A DNA stretch of 63,228 nt, counting the filler, from Octopus bimaculoides (taxonomy: Eukaryota), in assembly GCF_001194135.2 (NCBI RefSeq). It is 5 parts of 5 records of this genome, joined end to end, with 100 filler letters (N's around TTAATTAATTAA, not from the genome) between each part and the next. Parts side by side here need not be neighbours in the genome. Positions count along the whole stretch, not along the records: positions 1 to 30,334 come from NC_068983.1; 4 more parts are not named here. One strand, written 5' to 3'. The translations under genes were made by a program, and so were the position numbers. A model generated the notes under the pieces. It was not told where the DNA came from, searched no databases, and saw only the letters and a program-made list of their open reading frames with translations. Shown in pieces: positions 1-11,014 of this stretch. Each line of letters starts with the position of its first letter. The stretch's first letter is position 1.

Positions 1-18
1 TATATATATATACATATA

Positions 19-160
19 TACGACAGGTTACTTTCAGTTTCTGTCTACCAATTCCACTCACAACGTTTTGGTCGGCTCGAGGCTATATTAGAAGACACTT
101 GCCCAAGGTGCCACGCAGTGGGACTTAACCAAGGACTATGTGGTTGAAAAGTATGCTTAT

Positions 161-163
<3 letters not shown>
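19..163 (-). mobile_element. SINE family B (tRNA-headed, CORE-like), 5' half
   Basis: Reverse complement gives ...CACTGCGTGGCACCTTGGGCAAGTGTCTTCTAATATAGCC..., matching the fuller copies at 41467-41855 and 58603-58998. Confidence 0.8.
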
Positions 164-209
<46 letters not shown>

Positions 210-741
210 TACGCACGCGCACACAGTGTGCAATGGGTAAACTGTCGCCATCTTATATTTCAATTTCCCGCATGTGCATTGTTTGTTTTTGATTTTGTTG
301 ATTACACACTATAGTAGGGTCAGTTGTGCATTAGACATCTTTTTAAGATGTCTAATATACAATATCCTACAAGATTAAAGGTATGCACGCTATTAAATAA
401 TCCCATGCTTACATTAAAACAACTGACTGAATCTGATCTCCTAATCCATGCTACCCTCTGATCAAAGAGGTAATTCTTTCCAGGAAATTACTTCTAAGTT
501 ACTATCGCTTATCGAGTTATATACTCAAGCAAAATCTAACAGCTTATTTAGCAGTTATTTAGCTAGCGATAGGTAAATATTCACGTTATCGAATCGAGTG
601 AACCTTACTTTATTATTTCTTACCTTCTTTTAGAGATGATTTCAGATGTGTTACCTCAACTCGGCGCAAGATTAGTTAACTCTTATTTTTAATTATGCAT
701 GAATGAAGACTCGTGATTATACAGTCGTATAATATAATTAA

Positions 742-860
742 AGGCAGCAAGCGGCACAATCATTAGCACACTGGACAAAGTGCTTAGCAGCATTTCTGCC
801 GGCTTTACGTTCTGAGTTCAATTTCCGCCGAGTTCGATTTTGCCTTTCATCCTTTCAGAG
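742..860 (+). mobile_element. SINE family A (tRNA-headed), 5' part
   Basis: GGCAGCAAGCGGCACAATCATTAGCAC...GTTCTGAGTTCAATTTCCGCCGAG...TTTGCCTTTCATCCTTTC; A/B-box-like head shared with more than 10 copies in the window. Confidence 0.8.
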
Positions 861-1617
861 TTTGTCCTCCGACATTTCACGCATTGTTCCAATAGTAGAA
901 TACATTGTTAAGAATGCTGATCTCAGATTTAGCAGGGCTCTTAAGCTTACATTTTCGGTTGAAATGAATTTATTTTCGTCGTTTTAGAGCACCATGATCA
1001 CATTACGCAAATATCTAAATTTATTACTGTTCATTTTGTAACTGTGTTTCTGTTAATATGAGCCCTTGTATGATTTTGAATAATGCTGTTGTTTGGGATA
1101 TGATTATACAATCTGTCATTTAACTTGCAGATGTTCCTAGTTTTAACTAGAACTAACAGGGCTGTTTTATAATGTCTGATTTAAGCTTAACTTGGAAAGG
1201 TTTAGAAAAATTATTGAACTTGGGACTCAATATCAGATCAGAAAAGTCATAATCTAAGTTTCTAGATCCTTGACAATTAGTGGACATCTTCACAATTTAA
1301 TATCGAAGAGATTCGCAATCGCAAGTTGTTAACCGTCTACCATCTCAAACACATATCAAGGCACACTATTTTCCCCAGAAGTTTTGTAATTTTCAGCATC
1401 CTCGACGAAGCAAAGATTTATAATAATCATAATTTATATTACCCACGAAGAACATCCCAAAGCTTCAAATGAGCAATTCATCTAAAAATTCATTGAGAAA
1501 ATAATGAAACTCGTTAGNNNNNNNNNNNNNNNNNNNNNNNNNNNNNNNNNNNNNNNNNNNNNNNNNNNNNNNNNNNNNNNNNNNNNNNNNNNNNNNNNNN
1601 NNNNNNNNNNNNNNNNN

Positions 1618-1660
<43 letters not shown>

Positions 1661-1684
1661 GCACGCTACACACGCACGAGTGCA

Positions 1685-1850
1685 TGCTGCTCCAGTCCAC
1701 TCAGCTGGCAAAAGTGAGTTGTCCTGTAATTCAAAAGGGCCAACCTTGTCACATTCTGTGTCACTCGGAATCTCCCTGAGGGCTATGTTAAGGGTACATG
1801 TGTCTGTGGAGTGCTCAGCGACCTGCACGTTCATTTCACGAGCAGGTTGT
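1685..1850 (+). mobile_element. SINE family C, 3' part
   Basis: CTCCAGTCCACTCAGCTGGCAAAAGTGAGT matches the reverse complement of the tRNA-headed copy at 47850-48082. Confidence 0.55.
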
Positions 1851-1852
1851 TC

Positions 1853-1891
<39 letters not shown>

Positions 1892-2989
1892 TCCAACACA
1901 TCCCGCTCTGCCTCCCTTTCTCCTCTGACTTTCTCTTTTTCCCCCCTTTCTCTCTCTTTCATGCTTTCTGTTTCCTTTGTACATACATACATATATGTAC
2001 ACGTGCTTGTGTACACGTGTTGTACGAAGGTGGTGTGTGAGCTGCGTGTGTGTGTGTATGTGTGTGCGCGTGTGTGTATACGTGTGTAGCTTTGGATAGT
2101 TTTAAATTCAAGGGAAATCACCTACCTTTTGAGTTCATAGTGACATCCCTTGCACAATGTAAATTATGCTTATTAATGGACGTTTGTAATTGCTTAAATT
2201 CAAAGTTTGTAACGTGTTAATCTGACAAGGGCCATAAAAACGGCCCAACACTGCCAGGAGAAAATAATTTATGAATAATTAATATGGGAATACAAATGTA
2301 TTTAACATTTTGTATTGTATAATTAGTTATCTCTTTATTGACTTTTAACTTGCTTCATTTGTTATTTATAATGCAACCTGTTGAAGCGGAGAAATTTTAA
2401 TAAATCAAGAATTTATATTGTATGATATTTAATATTCCTGTATTTGTATATAATAGGTGCTTTGCAGTATCTGTTCCCGTCTATATATACTGACATCAAG
2501 GAATTTATTGATATTGGTGCCGAGCTGTATTGGCTCAAGCTAGCGGCCCTTCTTTTCTTCTTTCTTGGATAAATATCGATGAATCACACCCGACGAATTA
2601 TATTACCCAATTATCACGAAGGCGCGCGAAATAGTGGTTAAGGTCGTGAATTTGATTGTCGGCACCGAGTTGCGTCTGCAGCAGTGAATTTTGAAAGTTT
2701 CAAGGGAAGGAAGTTGATTGTTGAAAATGTGATCAGAGTTCTAAAGAGAGGAACTGTAAAAGAGAATAAAATTGTGGATAAAATTTTGTCCATAAGGAAT
2801 GCATAATGTCAGGAAATGAAAAGCCATATCCCTCAAGTTATACTGGGAGAATTGCCTCAGAAGATCAAGGGCCATTCAAATAACAGGACAGCATAACAGT
2901 GAAGCAAGGGAAGGTTTGCTTCCAGATCATGAGAATTGATTTTCTCTATCTGTATTGTGTAAAAAGTAAACGTCTTTTTTTTATTATCT

Positions 2990-3170
2990 TGCACTGCAGC
3001 CATGCTGGAGCACCGCCTTGAGGAAAGTTTTGACGATTGAATCGACCCACGCATTTACTCTTTTGCTAAACCTGGTACTTATTCAATCGGTTTCTTTTGC
3101 CGAACCGTTAAGTTACGAGGACGTAAACACACCAAACACCGATTGTCAAACTGTGGTGCAGGACAAAACG
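2990..3170 (-). mobile_element. SINE family B, 3' half
   Basis: GCAGCCATGCTGGAGCACCGCC...TTTTGCCGAACCGTTAAGTTACGAGGACGTAAACACACC matches 60960-61140. Confidence 0.8.
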
Positions 3171-3303
3171 CGCGCACACGCGCGCGCACACACACAAACA
3201 AACACACACACACACACACACGCACGCACACACACACACACACGCACGCACGCACACATACATGTGTGTGTGTGTGTGTGTGTGTATCTATGTATGTATG
3301 TAA

Positions 3304-3340
<37 letters not shown>

Positions 3341-3572
3341 CTTCTTAACATACTAAGAGAAAAAAATCTCTATAATACAGCTCATGTTACATCGAGTATG
3401 TTATATTGAGTATGTATGGTTACTGAAAGGGATCATTGAAAATTACAACTATAACCTCAATAACAAAGGGCAATCTATGAGTGGGAAGTGATCATGTTGG
3501 GAGGAAATAGCCCTGTTTTCCTTTCTAAAATGAGTAACTGTTTTGTGGGGTCTTTTACCGATAACACAGAAG

Positions 3573-3775
3573 TCGGCGAGCTAGCGGAATCGTTAGCACG
3601 TCGATTAAAATGCTTACCGCCATTTTGTCCGTCTTTATGTTTTGAGTTCAAATTCCGCTGAGGATCCTTTCGAGATCGAAAAAATAAGTACCAGTTAGGT
3701 AGTGGGATCTATGTAATTGACTTTTCCCTCACACCAAAATTTTAGGCGTTGTACCTTATAGTAGAAAGGATTAAT
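3573..3775 (+). mobile_element. SINE family A
   Basis: CGGCGAGCTAGCGGAATCGTTAGCACG head, GAGTTCAAATTCC B box, tail ...GTACCTTATAGTAGAAAGGATT. Confidence 0.8.
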
Positions 3776-4113
3776 GATAACGCAGCTATATTGTTACTGT
3801 TGCATTAGAACTAACAATATGGTAGTAGTTGTAAATCATTTTAATATATTATTTAATTGCTCACTTTATAAATGAGATTTTAATAACATAAGTGAAAGGC
3901 ATTATTATGGTTTATATAGTGTTTGAATTTTAGTATAGTATTGTGTTATCTAGAGCAGCTAGTTGCCTTTCTTCTACAATATTCCTGGATGGTAGATTTA
4001 ATTTATCATGCTGTTTAACACAATCACCTGTTGCTTGTATATCTGTAATAAAAGGGGTGGGGATCTACTCTGTTACAAAATTTTGGACCGGTGGCAATTT
4101 TGTGGCTACCTTC

Positions 4114-4174
<61 letters not shown>

Positions 4175-4682
4175 AGTCTTATGATAATTTCATTTTTTTT
4201 TTTTATTTCATAAATAAACATGTCAGGTACGTATGCATAAAACACGTTTCGCAACCAGTGAACAAAAGAAATTAAAACAGGTATAAGAAATCAATGTGCA
4301 CACAAATATAGTTAGTTAGCAAAAATAATGAAGTAATTAGTACTTATTAAATATTCAGTGCACATACAATTTTCTCATAAGAAACATATTCCTTTATAAG
4401 TCTTCAGCACGCGTTCGTTGGTAGTGTGTTTCATTGTTTAAAGAAGCCTGTAGTCTTAGCTTTAAGGTCATATAACTTGTCAAATGACTTTAACATAAAA
4501 ATCTCAAATTGTTCCCAGCTAGTTTAATAAGCTAATGCATGGACCATGTTATAGAAAAGATTAAGAAGGGACTCCCATTGTAGGGCTGGAAGAAAGGGGT
4601 GCACATATATGGCTGGCCTAGAGCACTGAATACTCTTGCGGTGATCCTGCATCCCATTCAAAACTATATCAGTGAGGAGAGT

Positions 4683-4926
4683 TTAACTATCATCTCTTCC
4701 CCAATATGAAAAAAACACTTGGCTGGGAACCAGTGTCGCAGTGATGATGACGTTATATCTGCTATGGATGATTTTCGACCAACAGGATGAAAACTTTTTC
4801 ACTAATAGGATCCAAGCACTGCATCACTAATGGAAGAAGTGTGTGGACTGCAAAGGGAACCAGGTTGAAAAATATACCTCATTTGGTCACATTTCATGCC
4901 TACGAACTTTCCAGCCGAGCCTCGTA
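4683..4926 (+). mobile_element. mariner transposon 3' remnant
   Basis: Hand translation HLFPNMKK..AGNQCRSDDDVISAMDDF/DQQDENFFTNRIQALHH*WKKCVDCKGNQVEK (mariner transposase C-terminus), ending in TIR-like GAACTTTCCAGCCGAGCCTCG+TA. Confidence 0.7.
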
Positions 4927-5079
4927 TATTACTGCTGCAGCTTACATAAGAGTTCAGTGTTTTTGCCAAGGAGTTGGCGCAGCATGGGTTATAATACTGA
5001 ACCAAGTTCTTTATCGATTGGAAGTCTGATACCTAATTAATCTAGCTAATATCTTACTAACTTGGCTTTGCTGTTCTAC

Positions 5080-5799
5080 AGTCGGCTCCGTCTATTTGAG
5101 ATAAGCTCTACAAGTACGGAAATGCTGTCAGACGGGCCTGTCCCAGGCGCGTTCAGAGCAATGAAACCGTTCTGCATGCATCTAGCCAGCGTCCAGACAT
5201 TGCTGACTTGTGGGGCTTTGTCGAACAACTGTTGTTGCGTGTAGGGGAGATCTGGCTACTAGCCAAGACAATCATGAAGATAGCTCTTCCACCTTCTTTT
5301 AGCCGGATATGACAGGCAGTTTTACCCTGTCTGGTGGCTATGGCGAAAGAGGTAGTCTGACAGGGGAAGTTGAAGGGACTGATGGCGGATTCTTTCCTCT
5401 GCAACCAAGCCTTCATCGACTTTTCAAGTCCCAAGTGACAAAGAAAGTGAAGGTTGAGAGGGAAGTGCTGCCTTACTGTATTTTTGTTGAGAGGTGGAGT
5501 AATGTGGCGAGGATGACCTGTGTGAATGGGTCTACACTGAGTAGGATCCTGTAGGCTGGAGGAAAAGGAGAGGGATGCCTGCTGAAGTGTCCTTAGCGAT
5601 TACGGTGTCCAGGATTTGTAGAGTTACTTGGTTGTGCCTAGGTTGTGCTCCTCACTCTGAGGTAAATTTTTATGGTTTAATATGTTTTTATTGCTAATTA
5701 TTTTTATTTTATTGTTGACACGTGCTATATGCACACGCGCAATGTCTTACGTTTTATGTCGTCTCTTTTGTGTGTGACCCTCGTAGCCAATAAGGAATT
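5080..5799 (+). mobile_element. Tx1/L1-like non-LTR retrotransposon, 5'-truncated 3' end
   Basis: DKLYKYGNAVRRACPRRVQSNETVLHASSQRPDIADLWGFVEQLL aligns with the CCHC region of the copy at 15330-15440; ends in CAATAAG followed by a (TTA)n/(TTG)n tail to about 5942. Confidence 0.7.
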
Positions 5800-5852
5800 A
5801 TCATTATTATTGTTGTTGTTGTTTTATCGCTGCTATTGTTATTGCTGTAGTG

Positions 5853-5942
<90 letters not shown>

Positions 5943-5989
5943 GTTTTACTTCTCAGAACGTTCGGTTTTGTTTGTTCTGGTAGATTCTG

Positions 5990-6215
5990 TTAGAGCGGAC
6001 AGAAGCTTGCTGTCAGATTGCACTCTGGACGAAATGTTTGGTGACATTTCGCCCGTCGCTACGTTCTGAGTTCATATTCCACCGAAGTCGACTTTGCCTT
6101 TCATCCTTTTGGGGTCAATAAAATAAGTACTAGTTGAAACACTAGGGTCTATGTAATCGACTAGTACCCTCCCCTCAAATTTCAGGCCTTGTGCCTTTAG
6201 TAAAGGGGATTATTA
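5990..6215 (+). mobile_element. SINE family A
   Basis: GTTCTGAGTTCATATTCCACCGAAGTCGACTTTGCCTTTCATCC body, tail GCCTTGTGCCTTTAGTAAAGGGGATTATT. Confidence 0.75.
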
Positions 6216-6269
6216 TTTTTATTTTCATACACACTCAACAAATTAGACTGTTGGAAAAGAAAAAAATCC

Positions 6270-7300
6270 TAACATCAGGCTACAACAAGTAACTTTAGAT
6301 GCCAAGAACCCTCCTATGAGGCTACAAGTAACCTTAGATGTCTAGAAACCTCCTATCGGGCTACAACAAATAACCTTAGACCTCAGAACCTCCTAAGTGC
6401 CCTAGCTATTCCTAATAACACTGTTTTCTGGAGCTGTACTAAACTGGGTTTTATGCCTATTTCCTCTATCCATCTGTTCAGATCTTTAGGGATAGTTCCC
6501 AATGCACCTATAACTACTGGGATACATTTTACCCACATTTCCCATAGTCTCTGTAATTCAATAGCTAGGTCCTGGTACTTTGCTATTTTTCGATACTTCT
6601 CAAATTGATGTTTTTATCATTTGGGGTTATAAAGTCAATTATCTGGCACTTTCTATTCTCTTTATCTACTACTACTTAATCAGGCCTTCTATTACTCTGT
6701 CAGTATGAATGTTGAAGTTCCACAACATCTTATATTTCTTACTTTCTAGTACTTTACTAGGTTCATGTTCATACCATTTATCAGTATGTTCAAATCCTAG
6801 CTTTCTACATAGCTCCTAGTAGATTGCTCTCCCTAAATTGTTATGCTTTTACTTGTATTCTTTCTGTGCCAGCATGCTACATTTACTTACTATGTGAGTA
6901 ACGCTGTCCTCTTTTGATTTTCATTATCTACATTGGGAATCTACTTGGTTTTTGTCTATCTTGGCTTTTATCCAATCAGTCCTTAATGCTTGATCTTGTG
7001 CAGCTACTAACAAACTTTCTGTCTCCCTCTTCAGCTTTCTGCAACCATAACCATATCTCACTACTACTATTTGCTGCAACTATGGGAATCTACCATACAA
7101 CGCCTTCTCCTGCCAGTCAGATCATTTCTGTTCTTTTTTCTAGTTTTTAACTTCGTTTTGGTTTCCCTGTCTCGTTGTGACTCTAGCAGCTTTTAATAAA
7201 CTTTCTTCACTATCACCTACATAGGAGTCTATATCTACTCTAACTAACTCCACGTAGTCTTCTACTGATATTAATCCTCTTCCGCCTTATTTTCTAGGTA
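6270..7300 (-). mobile_element. R4/Dong-like (restriction-like endonuclease) non-LTR retrotransposon, degenerate 3' part
   Basis: Minus-strand translation GGRGLISVEDY...ESVTHIVSKC...KWYEHEPSKVLE..KMLWNFNIHTD...KYQDLAIELQRLW...IPVVIGALGTIPK...LQKTVLLGIARALRRF, with stops. Confidence 0.75.
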
Positions 7301-7302
7301 GG

Positions 7303-7419
<117 letters not shown>

Positions 7420-7435
7420 CATCATCATTATTATT

Positions 7436-9465
7436 TGTACGGTCGACCTAAATAGACTTAAAAGGCAGGGACCCGATTCCTGGAAGCTTAACGCGTCACT
7501 TCTGGCGAGCCAAACTTACAGAGACCGGATTAGAGAATTAGTTAAACAACAAATGGGGGCATTCCTTAAAAAGGGCAATTAGAGTAGAATCAGTTAAGTT
7601 TAGTAAGATATTAGTAACAGAAAGAAATAAAATAGAAGGGAACTTAGAAACTCAGAAGAGACACTTAGGAATGACATTCCAACCGACGTGCTGGCGGCGA
7701 GATTGGCCCTGGACCAATTCTTCAAAGCTAAACATGAAGGTTGCATTGTCAGAGCTAAGGTGCGTGCACTAAGACAAGAAGGAAACAAAGTCGTTCGATG
7801 GGCCCGAGTGACAGAGGCGCAAATCTAAAATTCGGTGTTTGGTCGGCCAAACTGGTCGCACAGTAGTCTAACCCGAGCAGATGTGTGCAGCATTTCAGCG
7901 GCACTACGCCCAATGTTTTGGGACGAATGGCAGTTCGGAATGCAGGATGGATTTCAGCGCCTACCTCGACAGCATGCCACGGCTCTCGGAGGGGGTGGGG
8001 CGGAGTGTTGCGAAATATCGATAGCAGCCACAGAAATACGGGATGTAACGATAGGTTGCAAGACAGGCAAATCGCCTGGTTTGGATGGGTTGCCCTACGA
8101 GTTTTGCTATTATATGCCAGACTTCTTTGGCGGCCTCTTAGCAGATAATTAATGCAACTGACAGCAGAACGAAATAATTCCTAATTCCGTGAACCGAGAA
8201 GCGGTAGCACTGCTGAGATAGGACCCAAACAAAAGGAACGAAACAGAATATTTTGGGCCCATAACGCTGCTGAATGCAAATATCAAAATGTTGGCCAAGG
8301 TATTAGCAACGAGGTTGGATCCGTCCACGACAATCTCCACCTCATGCGATATATAATTGACAGGGTGGGTAAGGAAGCTCGCATGGGTGGGGCTCTGATC
8401 AATTTGAATCAATCTAAAACCTTCGATAGGGTCGACCACCAATACTTGGCAGCCGTCCTCACGGTGGGCGGTTTCGGTCCCGTTTTCCGTGGCTAGATAG
8501 CTGCTATATACAGGGACATTTGTTCGGTAGTTCGGTTGAATGGTTACCTATCAGAAGCATTCAACATCATGTGTTCGGTCGGTCACGGATGCTCACTCTC
8601 GTCTCTTCTGTATGTACTGGCTTTAGAACCACTACTGCGGAAATGAAAGGCGTTGAGAGGCATCCTGCGCGAACTAGGACATGGGTGAACTGTGTCGGCA
8701 TACTCAGACGACATCACCGTCATAGTGCCGAGCAACAAGTACATAGACCTGGTCGGCTCTGCTCTAAAGGAATTTGAGGCGGTGACAGGAGCAAAAATTA
8801 ATCAGGAAAAGTCAGTGGGCCAGTAGCTCGACACCTGAAGAGGCAAATCCATGCCGTCCAATAACGTCGTGGGACGCTGAACGGAAGGACCGGTTAAATT
8901 GCTCGGGTTCAGGTTCGGTCCAGATCTCCATCTGGAGAAGAACTGGGACGTGGCGACGAGCAGGGTGGCCAATCTCACTCAGTAATGGGCCGAGAGAAAG
9001 CTATCCTTGAAAGGCCGGGCAGAGTTGGCGAACGCATACATCGCTTCTGTCATATATTATGACTGGTCAGGCACTCTATTTGCTGTCAACACCCGCTGAA
9101 CGGAGGGCTGGGCATGCCGTGACTGTTGATGCGCAGATATGCGCTGAGGCTGCGACATCTCCAGCGCTTCCTAAATGGTCAGCAGGTGTGATCACCTTTT
9201 GTCAGGCACAAACTCCCACAGCTCGTCTCTTTGTGGGAGCTGCAGTCACGGATCAAGCGTAGACCAATGCAGGGCACCTGATACCTAGAATGTCGTCAGG
9301 TGCTCACTGTCCTCTGTCTGTCGGACAATGCGGTCGATGGAAGTTCCACTTAGGCTTTCTGTAGAGGATTAGTGGTGGACAAGTGCGACAACGTTTTCGG
9401 GGAAACTCTGGACGTCGACAAGAATGAGCTGGCTAGTCTGTTCCGGAGGAGTCTCAAACCGGGTA
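7436..9465 (+). mobile_element. Tx1/L1-like non-LTR retrotransposon, degenerate ORF2 including the RT domain
   Basis: QGPDSWKLNASLL; GKSPGLDGLPYEF; ITLLNANIKMLAKVLATRL; LINLNQSKTFDRVDH; GCSLSSLLYVLALEPLL; SAYSDDITV (YSDD at 8701-8712); nucleotide similarity to 13196-13760 and 14500-15240. Confidence 0.9.
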
Positions 9466-9470
9466 GAAAA

Positions 9471-10250
9471 CACACTAAATAAAAGATAAATAAAAAGTGA
9501 CGCCTGCCAAATCAGAAAGATCCCTAATGACTATTTTCCGACAGCTTTACATTTTCTGTTGTTCTTGTCTGACAAGGCTTGTTCATGACATTTAATGGCC
9601 ACTTGCGTTTGTGAGCACGTTGCATATTTTGACCAGTAAAAGGACTACGACTGGGTGGAGTTTGGTCTTCCACTCCATTGATCTTTGAGGGGTTCCAGCC
9701 GGGCGCGGGAGATCTGGTGTTTTAGGCATCCAGGGGAGTCTTCCCGCTCATGCCGTTATTTGGGTTGGAATTTTTTGTCATCATTGAAAAGAATGAGAAT
9801 GATTTTTACAGGGTTTGCTTCCCGGTTGTGTTTATTTGCAATTTTCATGTAAATGGTTATCCCAAATACAATACCAGCTGTAACTTGGTAGCCGGTCAAG
9901 GCTTTGGGATACCAAGTTCGCTCTGTGTAACTTTCCTCAGGCTTCCCACTAACGCAATGGTGACACAGGCCTATGCAGGGTAGGGGTGGCACCAATTCCC
10001 TGCGCTGTTCACATGGACAGCCGCATACAGAATTACACTATCCGATGTGTCCGTCCTCTGAGATGTTAGGTCCGATTTGAAAGAAATGTAACTACTCTTC
10101 CTAGCATGCCAAATGACTTCTCAAAGAGTCCATGGTTCACTTGTAATCTTCTTTGGTGGACAGGCTCAGCGTATGAAAACGAAGATTGTTCCTTTTGTCC
10201 TTACTTCTGTAGCCATGATGTTTCTGTCGTTGTTGTTTTTCTCACTAGCT
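9471..10250 (-). mobile_element. Highly degenerate Tc1-like transposon
   Basis: Minus strand gives LPWMPKTPDLP (cf. Tc1 WPxxSPDLNP) at about 9709-9735 and RKCKAV near the C-terminus; terminus CACACTAAATAAAAGATAA resembles Tc1 TIRs. Confidence 0.45.
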
Positions 10251-10419
10251 AGCTATGTTCTCTAGCAACAGGATTCGAGTAGGATGGATGGGTTGGCAGG
10301 CTGTAGTTGTTTCCTTCATTGATGTTGATGTTGTAGTTGTTGTTTTTGTCTTTGCCTGGGCAGCCTTCTATCGTCGTTCTCAATTGCAACTTTTATTGTT
10401 GAATCTATGTATAGTAGTA

Positions 10420-10439
10420 GCATTAGCAGCAGCAGCAAC

Positions 10440-10499
<60 letters not shown>

Positions 10500-10500
10500 T

Positions 10501-10545
<45 letters not shown>

Positions 10546-10960
10546 ATAGTAGTAGTAGTAGAATGACTGGTTGGCTGACTGAATCGGCTTTTTGAAGTTC
10601 GAGGGTAGCAAAAGAAGATAATTTTTGTGGGGAGGGGAACATATGTGACCTGTACAGCGTTGGCTTCGTCACTTACGGGACCTAATTATTATTACCACTA
10701 TCACTATCATCCTCATCATTATCGCCCATCATCATTGTCACCGCCAATATTACTTTAAATGAATTTGCACCCCACCATGATTGGCTGTAGACAGCAGGAA
10801 GAAGAAGAAGAAGAAGAAGAAGAAGAAGAAGAAGAAGAAGAAGAAGAAGAAGAAGAANNNNNNNNNNGAGGAGGAGGAGGAGGAGGAGGAGGAGGAGATG
10901 AAGAAGAAGAAGAAGAAGAAGAAGAAGAAGAAGAAGAAGAAGAAGAAGAGTCAAGAAAAC
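10420..10960. repeat. Trinucleotide microsatellite cluster (AGT)n, (AGC)n, (GAA)n, (GGA)n
   Basis: Read directly. Confidence 0.95.
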
Positions 10961-11014
10961 AAGAAAAAAGGTGAGGTGAAGGAAGGAGTAAAGTCTTCCT
11001 AACTACATGGAAAT

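Noticed and set aside
6278-6397. CRISPR-like array
   Set aside because: Tandem diverged units without unique spacers, in a eukaryotic LINE terminus, with no cas genes.
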